From assembly GCA_002238565.1 (NCBI GenBank), contig MPMP01000005.1, positions 23,916 to 87,915 on the forward strand: DNA of 64,000 bases, written 5' to 3'. This document shows, one piece after another, positions 47,901 through 55,383 of this stretch. Source of the stretch: Albidovulum sp. bin36. GTDB lineage: Bacteria; Pseudomonadota; Alphaproteobacteria; Rhodobacterales; Rhodobacteraceae. Each line of letters opens with the position of its first letter. Positions within the stretch are counted from its first letter, which is position 1. Both the position numbers and the translations under genes were made by a program. The notes under the pieces are model-generated. The model was not told the DNA's origin and searched no databases. It worked only from the letters and a program-made list of their open reading frames with translations.

Positions 47901-48135
47901 TAAGCTCCGTCCGGAGGGTGTCGCGACGGTCGGCAAGCTCGGCAATCTCAGACCGGTCCGCTGCCAGAGCCTTCTCTATGCGGGCACGGTCATCTCGAAT
48001 GGCACCGAAGTTGCCTTCGAGTTCATTAACCTTCCACACAAGAAAGCCCAGCAGGCCAATTGTCGCCAGCGCGGCGAGACCCGCGGTCCACGTATATGCG
48101 CGGGACTTACGAAAGGTCTCGTTCGATGAGGTCAA
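44932..48135 (-). CDS. giant (1067 aa) coiled-coil protein with an N-terminal hydrophobic anchor, four 154-aa tandem repeats and a Pro/Asp-rich tail
   Basis: TTG start at 48135 with GGAGAG 5 nt upstream. Anchor YTWTAGLAALATIGLLGFLVWKV. Almost continuous E/R/A/L/Q-rich heptad-like sequence. Tail ...PKDEPPAAETVPSPSPDDNDPNGPTAGRPPTNEGSSD. Confidence 0.85.
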   Translation of the reverse strand: MTSSNETFRKSRAYTWTAGLAALATIGLLGFLVWKVNELEGNFGAIRDDRARIEKALAADRSEIAELADRRDTLRTELTQLGSELRLAQAARAELGSLEIAVQDARKKLSELRDEEQDIQDSLATRERVQADLSSTRDALLKAETRRDALLSEIEEIEDRRARAEQSAATAEMARDDLVSQRDRLTADRDQLQAEVSRLAREQRRLEDVELELSTARATLAGVNSEAKAAEARRAGAEEQRTGILAGIQAAQAEKDEIATEIGTTTERRAALVEEVVSLIAHRDDLQKNVAALEGRLREANGLQVRLDTMRLLVNETSTELQTLRGEIAAEQERLDEVRQARTVTEARIAERQTKLDALEQSLAETETRRTDAQTQLRRIQADADTMQERKDALMIEVRDLAAEQAAGQQALEEARVARASLEGQSAQRSTELTSLRSQIEEYKIRIKDLQTQEASIEGRLDTKQKLVNQTNAEWQTLRGERAAEQERLDEVRQARTVTEARIAERQTKLDALEQSLAESETRRTDTQTQLLRIQADADTLQERKDALMIEVRDLAAEQAAGQQALEEARVARASLEGQTAQRSTELAGLRSQIEEYKIRIKDLQTQEASIEGPLDTKQQLVNQTNTELQTLRSEKAAEQERLDEVLQARIVTEARIAERQTKLDALEQSLAETETRRTDAQTQLRRIQADADTLQERKDALMIEVRDLAAEQAAGQQALEEARVARASLEGQSAQRSTELASLRSQIEEYKIRIKDIQTQEASIESRLDSQRLSVNQTSTELQTLRGEIAAELERLGEVRQARTDTEARIAERQTELDALEQSLAETETRRTDAQTQLRRIQADADTLQERKDALMIEVRDLAAEQAAGQQALEEARVASASLEGQTAQRSTELASLRSQIEEYKIRIKDLQMQVASIREDLSVLEERRNDIEAKRVAAGEDLNRAERDFAATRAEAAEQRAAVKRLEERNTELEALIPALETRQNTLQETLKELERTATESRTMLHMLDEQIREKREVLHSMEDQRTAPKDEPPAAETVPSPSPDDNDPNGPTAGRPPTNEGSSD
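45380..47225 (-). repeat. four tandem in-frame copies of a 462-bp (154-codon) unit inside the coiled-coil gene
   Basis: The landmark TTGTATTCTT recurs at 45419, 45881, 46343 and 46805 (period exactly 462). In the protein, SQIEEYKIRIKD and LDEV.QAR..TEARIAERQT.LDALEQSLAE.ETRRTD.QTQL each occur four times. Copies differ by scattered substitutions. Confidence 0.95.
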
Positions 48136-51100
48136 GACAACTCTCCAAGTCCTTGTCCAACTCGTCCACCCAGAAGCGCCGGACCTTCCAGCCGAGGGAA
48201 TGCAGCTGGTGATCCCGCCAATGGTCGTCCAACTTGCGGTTACCGTCGATGTCCTGGTGCCAGCGGCGTCCGTCGACTTCGATGTCGATCCTTATGCCGC
48301 TTGCGCCGAACACGGCGAAATCGAGCCGGCGACCCGCGATCTCGTATTGTGGTTTGGGATCCAAGCCGCGGGCGCGCAACGCTTCGTAGACCCGACGTTC
48401 CCAAGTGCTGTCGAAAACTCCTTCGTCGGGTGGTTGGCGCGATTCGGTGGCACGAGCGGCGAGGCTTTGCAATCGCCGCACGGTTCCTCTACGAGCAAAG
48501 TCAAGATCGCCGAATACATGGGCGATCGCACGCGCCCGGCTGATTGCCACGTTCAGGCGCCGCCAGTCTTTCTGAAGGAAAGAGATTGCGCTTGGAGCTA
48601 TTCGGTCGTGAAGGACAGGCGAGAACAAGATCAAGTCCCGTTCCTGGCCCTGGAATGCGTCAACCGTGCCCACACGCAAGTTCGCGGCGTGTCGGCGATT
48701 CTCAGGGATATGCGTGGTGATGGCCTCGGCCAGAGCCGCTACCTGTGGACGAAAGGGAGAGATCACACCGACACTACCATCGTAATCGTGCTTGAGAAGA
48801 AGTTGCTCAAGGTGTGTGACGATGGCGCGAGTTTCCGCTGCATTAACATTGCCGCGTGCAGTCTCTACTCCAGTAGCCGGCGGAACGTGCGTCCAATGGA
48901 GGCCAGGGCGTGTGGTGGTTGGTACGCGCAATCCATCTTGGTCGGCAGCGACACGAAGCTTGCCGCCGTAGAAATCCTGGTTAATGTAGGCAACGATATC
49001 GGCCGCCGAGCGGTACTGATCTCGCAGCATCACTGCGGGAACGTCCGGGTTGGATCGAGCGAGATCAAACAGGCTCTTGCGGCTCTGCGCGAACCGCCCC
49101 ATCCCAGTCTGGGGCAATTGCTGCGCCGCCATCAGGTTTCGGTCCTTTGCGATGCCGACCTGAGGGATAAAGGCGAGTTGTCTGTCGTCACCTACGATGA
49201 CGGCGCGACGCGCACGGGCGAGAACCGGCAGCGCGGATCCAATGTCGCATTGGCTCGCCTCATCGAAGATCGCCAGATCGAACAATCCGTCTTCCAGTGG
49301 GAGCCGTCTCGGCGCTCCGAGGACGGAGGCGAGCCAGAGCGGTCGATGCAGCAGCACGCTCTTGGCTAACTCGCGGTCTACCGCGATGTGACCGTGCAAC
49401 TGAAGATCGTCGTGGGCGTTGGAGAGTGCCAAACGCGTTCTTTCGTCTGGAGTGCTGAGGGCCGTGACACGGCGGCCGAGTACTTGCCGAGCCAACGACG
49501 CAATCTCTTGAGTTGACGTGACTGGGTTTTCTATGGGGCCAAAATTCGCGAGACTAGCGCGTGTTTCAGCTACTCGTTCCCGGAGCGCCACCGTCGGGAT
49601 CGTGCCGTCATCCATATCTGGAGTGGCGAGTGACGGCGCGAACCCAAGCCAACTGAGCAGCCGGCGCCAAAATCCCGATGATGACGGTTCGGCCACCAAT
49701 ACGGTCGTATCCGGGAGACCGGCGAGCTGCCGGGATTGCAAACGCTCAATATCGTCGGCAAGTTGGAGGCGGAGTCTTCGCTCCCTCGCGATCCGCTCAA
49801 GTGTATCCAAGCGCGCGTTGGCCCGCTTGTCGAGTTCTGCCGAGACATCGGACTCCGGAGCGGCGACACTCGTCCCTGCGGGCTCGGAGACGAGATCGCG
49901 AAGCACGCCGGCCATGTCGCGGTCTACGTCACGGGCGGGGTCGAGCGTGCGCACGATGAAAGATGCGCCGGGAGCAATGCTGGACAGGCGCTGTTCGACT
50001 GCATCCAGGGCTTGATGGTTCTTGGATGCGACGATTACTGTTTGCCCGGCCCAAAGTGCAGTCGTGGCAATGGCTACGATCACTTGGCTCTTCCCGGTGC
50101 CGGGCGGCCCGGTTACGACTGAGAGGGGGGTGCGCATTGCTTGGGCGGTTGCCTCGATCTGCTCCATGTTGAGCGGACCGACATTGACCGGTGGAACTGG
50201 ATTGACAGGTGCCTGATTGGGCAGACCAATGAGCGGTGCGAGGGCGGTACGGCAGAGGCGATCAGACGGCCAAGCGGCAATGGAATCGAGATCGCGTACC
50301 GCGCCTGCGGTGAAGGTGGAACCCAATGACAGGAACAGGGCGACGGCATCGTGGATTCCTGTTTCGCTAGGGTCAACCATGGCGGCGAAGCTGTTGCCCA
50401 CGAGGTTCCCCCTGATGGCGCGCGCTGCCGCCTCACGAAGTCGCCCGAGAAACTCCTCGCCCGGCAGTCCTGATCCTCCATTCCCGCGGAAGAGGTTTTG
50501 AAGTTCGCTCCGTGTCCACGCGGTGACCCGCGCCGTACTCCGCACCCAATCGGGATTCACGAGGACATCGTCGGCGTCAACTCGCAGTTCGATGAAGTCT
50601 CCTTTCCGGCTCCACACAGCAGCGAGAAGCCCGACCGGTCGGATCGCCGGGGCGCCAGATTGACGCCCCAGATCCAGCGGCCAGCCCAAAGCGACTCCGT
50701 TCTCTTCGTCATCGCGCCGGATCATCGCCTCGCGGAAGGCACCTGGTAGGTCGTCGGCCCGAATTCGTACAATGACTTCCTCGTCGCTTGCCGGAAACAG
50801 GTTTCCTTCGCCGGCAAGAAGTTGGAAGGTTTCACCATGGCGGTCGCCGGTCTGAGTCAGAGCCCCTCGTGGGTCGTACAGGAGCGCGGATTTGTAGTAG
50901 CGGAGCAACGCGTGGGGATCGAACTCGGATTCCGATGCGGCTGAGTCTTCGTCAGGTAGCACATCTGCCGCTACCGGCTTTGTGGTGAAGGTGGCTGGCG
51001 AGGCGATCAGAGGATCGGAAGGCGCGTTGCCGGAGTGGACTGGACGCAGTGCCGAGGTTGAGGACGGCGCGAGGGGTCGGTGCTGGGCACGCCATCGATG

Positions 51101-51262
51101 ATCACGGCCTAACGAGACCACGCCCCTGGCTTGCAATTCAGCAAGTTCTCGGCCAACGGCCTCCCGCCGCGCACCATCGAACGCAACGTCGAGCAGGACC
51201 ACCAACTCGTTGGTGGTTCGACCCAGTGGAAATGCCTCGATCGTCTTCAGCAGGAGCGACAT
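48107..51262 (-). CDS. SF1 (Upf1/DNA2-like) helicase with an N-terminal winged-helix-like segment and a C-terminal DUF559/Vsr-like endonuclease domain
   Basis: 1051 aa. VTGPPGTGKSQ (motif I), AIFDEASQC (II), VIVGDDRQL (III), VDAFQGQERD (V), RRLNVAISRAR (VI). C-terminus YEALRARGLDPKPQYEIAGRRLDFAVF...IDIEVDGRRWH...LGWKVRRFW. Confidence 0.85.
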   Translation of the reverse strand: MSLLLKTIEAFPLGRTTNELVVLLDVAFDGARREAVGRELAELQARGVVSLGRDHRWRAQHRPLAPSSTSALRPVHSGNAPSDPLIASPATFTTKPVAADVLPDEDSAASESEFDPHALLRYYKSALLYDPRGALTQTGDRHGETFQLLAGEGNLFPASDEEVIVRIRADDLPGAFREAMIRRDDEENGVALGWPLDLGRQSGAPAIRPVGLLAAVWSRKGDFIELRVDADDVLVNPDWVRSTARVTAWTRSELQNLFRGNGGSGLPGEEFLGRLREAAARAIRGNLVGNSFAAMVDPSETGIHDAVALFLSLGSTFTAGAVRDLDSIAAWPSDRLCRTALAPLIGLPNQAPVNPVPPVNVGPLNMEQIEATAQAMRTPLSVVTGPPGTGKSQVIVAIATTALWAGQTVIVASKNHQALDAVEQRLSSIAPGASFIVRTLDPARDVDRDMAGVLRDLVSEPAGTSVAAPESDVSAELDKRANARLDTLERIARERRLRLQLADDIERLQSRQLAGLPDTTVLVAEPSSSGFWRRLLSWLGFAPSLATPDMDDGTIPTVALRERVAETRASLANFGPIENPVTSTQEIASLARQVLGRRVTALSTPDERTRLALSNAHDDLQLHGHIAVDRELAKSVLLHRPLWLASVLGAPRRLPLEDGLFDLAIFDEASQCDIGSALPVLARARRAVIVGDDRQLAFIPQVGIAKDRNLMAAQQLPQTGMGRFAQSRKSLFDLARSNPDVPAVMLRDQYRSAADIVAYINQDFYGGKLRVAADQDGLRVPTTTRPGLHWTHVPPATGVETARGNVNAAETRAIVTHLEQLLLKHDYDGSVGVISPFRPQVAALAEAITTHIPENRRHAANLRVGTVDAFQGQERDLILFSPVLHDRIAPSAISFLQKDWRRLNVAISRARAIAHVFGDLDFARRGTVRRLQSLAARATESRQPPDEGVFDSTWERRVYEALRARGLDPKPQYEIAGRRLDFAVFGASGIRIDIEVDGRRWHQDIDGNRKLDDHWRDHQLHSLGWKVRRFWVDELDKDLESCLDLIERDLS

Positions 51263-51413
51263 CGAAGAATTCCCAGTTCTGAAGTATGCCCCTTAAGTAG
51301 ATCGAAGCATGTGCGGTGGGCCACGGACACTGAATCGTGCCTCGTTATCGACAAGTCGGCAAAGGCAGCCAGAGTTTGAGTGTGACGAAGGTATGAGTCG
51401 ACGGCTGCCCAAG

Positions 51414-51842
51414 TCATGCCTGCGCAACCGACCAGGGATTGATTACATCCACGCCAATGCCGTCGAAATCCCGCACGTTGCGCGTAACTAGGACGGCGCC
51501 CTTCGAGCGGGTTATCGCGGCGATCTGGCAGTCGGCTTCGCCGATCGGGCGACCTGCGAAGCGGCGGTCTGCAGCAATGCCGGCATAGGCGCGGGCGGCG
51601 GCGCTGTCGAACGGCAGGATGCGTTCCGAGAAGCCGAAGTCGAGCCACCGGGTCATGGCAGCCACTAGCCTGTCCCGGCGCCTGCCTGCCGGCATGATCG
51701 CGATGCCGTAAAGAAGCTCCGCTTCGCTGACCGCAGTCAGGTACATGTACATTGCATCCTGATCCGCGATCCAGGCAGCCATGGCAGGAGCCGGTTCCGG
51801 GCGCATAAGTTCGGAAACCACGTTCGTGTCAAGCACCAGCAT
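51414..51842 (-). CDS. vapC: PIN-domain toxin VapC/FitB
   Basis: MLVLDTNVVSELMRPEP...LTAVSEAELLYG...DCQIAAITRSKGAVLVTRNVRDF. Confidence 0.88.
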   Translation of the reverse strand: MLVLDTNVVSELMRPEPAPAMAAWIADQDAMYMYLTAVSEAELLYGIAIMPAGRRRDRLVAAMTRWLDFGFSERILPFDSAAARAYAGIAADRRFAGRPIGEADCQIAAITRSKGAVLVTRNVRDFDGIGVDVINPWSVAQA

Positions 51843-51852
51843 CCGATGCGCC

Positions 51853-52098
51853 TCAAGAGAAGTCCGGAGGCTCGCGCATCGGGCCGCGCGGGGGCAGGTC
51901 TAGCTCGACCCCGCCAAGGGGTGCGAAACACTCCCGGGTGAACTCCGCCAAGTTCCGGGGGGCGGACTGGCTGTCGCTCACGGCCTCGCGAAGGATGATA
52001 CGCACCTCCTCTTCCATTGAGCGGCTGTGCGCGGCGGCGCGGACGCGCAGGCGCGTACTCACGTAGTCATCGAGATTGCGGATGGTGATGCTTGCCAC
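51853..52098 (-). CDS. vapB: VapB/FitA-type ribbon-helix-helix antitoxin
   Basis: 81 aa. (M)ASITIRNLDDYVSTRLRVRAAAHSRSMEEEVRIILREAV. GTG start with GGAGG 8 nt upstream. Ends 10 nt upstream of vapC. Confidence 0.82.
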   Translation of the reverse strand: MASITIRNLDDYVSTRLRVRAAAHSRSMEEEVRIILREAVSDSQSAPRNLAEFTRECFAPLGGVELDLPPRGPMREPPDFS

Positions 52099-52143
52099 TG
52101 GCGGTTCCTCCCTATCTGTCGGAACATGTCCAAACTACCGCAC

Positions 52144-52158
52144 GCTTGCAGTGCAAGC
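52144..52158 (-). promoter_or_regulatory. palindrome upstream of vapB (possible autoregulatory operator)
   Basis: GCTTGCAgTGCAAGC, 7-bp perfect arms, about 46-60 nt upstream of the vapB start. Confidence 0.3.
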
Positions 52159-52920
52159 AACGGGGAGGTCAGCGACCTGACCGTGTCGATGCGACCTCAC
52201 GATCAGCAATGTCAATTTGAGCATATCCGAGCACCTCCTTGTGTTTCTCGACGGGCAAAAGCGGTTCGGCCGCGACGGCACGAATATAAAGGCGCGCATT
52301 CGGCGGCAGGGCGGGCAAAGTTTCCGGTTCTCCGGGACTCGACGTTTTTTCGCGAGTGAGTGCTGCGCAGCGCATGGCAGCGCGTAGACGTCGGTAATGC
52401 ATTGTAAATACTAAACTAATCATGTTGTTTCGATGACAGGATGAGCTTACTCTCGCGCCCCCGACGCCCGCTGGAATGTCTGCTAGGCAAACTCTGCGGC
52501 GACCGTGACGAACCGGCTCGCCATTGTCGTCGGCAGATTCGCGGCCGCGTACCGGCGGGGCTCGAGAGCTGGAGGTTATAGCGGTGGGATGCTGGACAGG
52601 ACAGGGTGGGGCGGTCTGCCCATTAGCCTGATAGCCTCTAAACAAAAATTATTCGTTCCTGTACTGATTCGGCCAAGTCGAATCAATACTGCATTTCAAG
52701 AACTCTCCGGTCGCCCGGCGCCGCCGCGCCTTTCATCCCGACGCAGTTAACTCGGTTCACTAGAAGGCGAAATTAAAGCCCTTCCGAAGGGCGATCGCGC
52801 GTTCGCGCCTAAGGTGGAACCAGCCCGGGGTTCCCTAAAAACCGTGAACGAGGGAACCGCCAATTGCTTCCTTTAATGTGATTGCTCATAGGCCGGAACG
52901 CCGGACGGGTCGGGAACCGG

Positions 52921-53127
52921 GCTCCATCGCCGCCAGAGCCGACAGGCAGCTTGAAGCCCGGGGCCGGCCGCGGGCGTCGCAAACGCGGCGGACGGCGGCC
53001 GAGCGGTTCTCGAACGCCTCGCCCTCCAGGAGGACAGGGTGCGGCGAATCAGGCTTTGCTTCTCCATGCCGCCCGGATGCCGGAAAAGCCGGGCAGCGTT
53101 CAGAGCTTGTTTGCAGCTAATGGGCAG
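52921..53127 (-). mobile_element. truncated second copy (5' end only) of the same IS4/Tn5-like element as 37336-38041
   Basis: 52921-53127 aligns by eye with 37783-38041 (with indels), including the transposase start MEKQ(S/N)LIRRT and the terminal GC(T/C)AATGGGCAG. Same orientation as the first copy. Confidence 0.7.
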
Positions 53128-53204
53128 AGTGCGGGTGTGCTTCTTGCAAATAGGATAAGATTTTGCGTTTGGCTGCTTAGCCTGCTTCCGGGCCATGGCC
53201 GACG

Positions 53205-53633
53205 CTACAGGCTGCCGTAATATTCGGCCAGGGATTCCTTCGGAATGATTTCGTTGCCGCGTTTACCGTCAGTAATTCCGCGCCGCGCCAACTGCCAGGG
53301 ATCCTCCATATGAGTAAGATCGCTCAGCCATTGCGGAGATTTGTCCCCGTAGAACTTCAGCACTGCGTCGACAGTCTCGCGCTGGGTTTCAGTCAAGTTT
53401 TCCGGGCGGCCATTGCGAAGAGAGGAGATTCGATAATCGCCGCGATGGGTTTCGTAGAGCTCTCGCACCACCGGCCCGTTGGCCCATGCCTCGATCTCTT
53501 CGGGAAAAAGGATGTCATCGTCCCACACGAGCGACCATGCCTGGCAGTAGTAGACCAGCTTCTGCAGCTTCCATGTGGTCATAGGACCCTGCCGCTTGAG
53601 TATGCAGGCGGCTACATCGAAAACACGGACCAT
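53205..53633 (-). CDS. Panacea (DUF4065, SocA/GepA-like) antitoxin-domain protein
   Basis: Internal ATG at 53633 of track ORF 53205..53732. MVRVFDVAACILKRQGPMTTWKLQKLVYYCQAWSLVWDDDILFPEEIEAWANGPVVRELY. Confidence 0.75.
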   Translation of the reverse strand: MVRVFDVAACILKRQGPMTTWKLQKLVYYCQAWSLVWDDDILFPEEIEAWANGPVVRELYETHRGDYRISSLRNGRPENLTETQRETVDAVLKFYGDKSPQWLSDLTHMEDPWQLARRGITDGKRGNEIIPKESLAEYYGSL

Positions 53634-54129
53634 TCTGCTGGCCTCGGTATGTGGAAGCCGACACAATCGAAGGTCGACGAGATAGCCATCGGTAATGGCT
53701 TTTCTTGAAGGAAACAACCTAATCGAGGACATCGTCGACGACAGAGATCAAGTGCTGCGCAAATGCTTTGCGAAATTCGGAATCGCCCGAGGGAGATTGA
53801 AAATTTTTGCGTTCTCGATAATCGAATTGAGGCAGCTTGTCTGTCGAATCTTTCCTGCAGGCACCACTGCCCGCGCGTGTCGGTGGCTGGGTAAAATCAC
53901 GGGATACTTGCGATTCGGCGCGCTTTGGCCGGATCACGGCTAAGTGTCCTTGAAACCGATCTTGCGAACGGCAATTGCACCGGTTGCGATTATCGGTAAC
54001 GGATCGGATGCAATTCGGTGCATGTCGCTCTGCGCTGTAGCTTCCCGGCAGGTCATTTTCGCTACTCGGACTAGGCTCTCATGCAGGGCTTCGCAGCGAA
54101 CACCGTGAAACCCTGCGCGGCTGGCAAAG

Positions 54130-55383
54130 CTAAATTCGCACGACTTTGAGTTTAGTTTTCAGGTCGGTCCGGCAAAGGGCGTGCAAAAAGCAGGTCTGCT
54201 CCGAGATATCCAGCATCTCCTTCGCGGTCTCGTCGCTTTCACCCGTCTCAAGATAGACATGAGTCTCGATCGGGTCCGCCTCTCCGGCCTTGCCCGTGCC
54301 GCCGGATGCGCCGCCGAGGCTGAAATGCGTGTCCTGCGCAATGCGGTAGTCGGGGAGATCCAGATGAAGCATCGAGACAAAGCGCCCGAACTGGGTCATG
54401 AAGCAAAATCCTATGCCGGCGCTGACAAGCGTGCCGGCATCCGGCGCGCGGCCGTCTTCGGAGGAGAGGAACCGGAACGAGGTGCCGTAGGGCGAATACT
54501 GCATCTGCTGGATTTCCTTGATGCCGTCCTCTCGAAGCACCGCGACCGCCCCGATATTTAGCCGCCGATCCTGTTCGTCGGAAAGTGACGAGCCGCCCGA
54601 CGCGGTGCCCTTGGCTACGTCTTTCTTCGGCGTTGCGCCGACGGGTTCCATGAGCGCCGGATCGCTCGCCGCGGGCGCCGACGCGGCGAAACGGTCGCCG
54701 CCCGGATCGGGCAGCAGCGGCGCGTCAAGTTCGGCGGCCTTGGCCGTCGGCAATGGCCGCCCGTTCCTGCCCAGCTTGAAAAGGCTTTCGAGTCGACCGC
54801 GCATTAGGCCGTTCACAGGCGACGCGCAGGTCGCGTCGATCAGAAATTCGCTGAGCGCGCCGTCGTCGAGGTCGCAGTCGATTTCGACCTCCAGCTCGAC
54901 ATTCTCGGCCCCGCCTTCCATGGTGCGCTTGGGCATGGAGCCCTTCATCGTGTAATAGTTGTTTTGAACAAGCCTCAGCTTGCGGATCTCGGTGCTTCGG
55001 CTTTCCGCCAGAGCAAGCATCTCGTTCATGAAGCTCGCCGCCATTCCCGCGCTGAGAAACGCCAATGGACACGGAGCGGCGTCATGACCGTTCAAATACG
55101 GGCCTTCGTCCGAAACCAGCCGCCAAGTGTCGCCGGTTTTCGCAGACCTCACCAATGCCTCTTTCTGGAAACCCGACAGCGAACGCACCCAGGTTCGCAG
55201 CGCGTCGCCCTTGCGGTTTTCGGGAGTATCGATCTTCACCTCATCGGCGTTCGCCACCTTGAAGAAGGCTGGCAGGCCGCTGGCTCCTATGACGTTGTCT
55301 CCAAGTTTCGCCAAGTCGGTTTCTCCTTTCGATCTAGATTGCCGGACAACCAAAATTTTCGGAAGCGAGGCGCGAATCCGCAT
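54130..55383 (-). CDS. protein with two OsmC/Ohr-like domains
   Basis: DEGPYLNGHDAAPCPLAFLSAGMAASF in the first half. The second half has SAGIGFCFMTQF...EQTCFLHALC. The start is uncertain. Confidence 0.65.
   Translation of the reverse strand: MRIRASLPKILVVRQSRSKGETDLAKLGDNVIGASGLPAFFKVANADEVKIDTPENRKGDALRTWVRSLSGFQKEALVRSAKTGDTWRLVSDEGPYLNGHDAAPCPLAFLSAGMAASFMNEMLALAESRSTEIRKLRLVQNNYYTMKGSMPKRTMEGGAENVELEVEIDCDLDDGALSEFLIDATCASPVNGLMRGRLESLFKLGRNGRPLPTAKAAELDAPLLPDPGGDRFAASAPAASDPALMEPVGATPKKDVAKGTASGGSSLSDEQDRRLNIGAVAVLREDGIKEIQQMQYSPYGTSFRFLSSEDGRAPDAGTLVSAGIGFCFMTQFGRFVSMLHLDLPDYRIAQDTHFSLGGASGGTGKAGEADPIETHVYLETGESDETAKEMLDISEQTCFLHALCRTDLKTKLKVVRI

Noticed and set aside
47780-49369. 529-aa plus-strand ORF spanning the helicase/coiled-coil junction
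   Set aside because: It is antisense to two genes with clear motifs, has Ser/Arg-rich low-complexity composition and has no Shine-Dalgarno site. I treat it as a shadow ORF.
52169-52645. 158-aa minus-strand ORF between vapB and the second IS remnant
   Set aside because: The product is Arg/Pro-rich with no motifs. Only its last approximately 68 codons (from ATG 52375) look protein-like, and they resemble at most a decayed toxin or antitoxin fragment. Evidence is insufficient.
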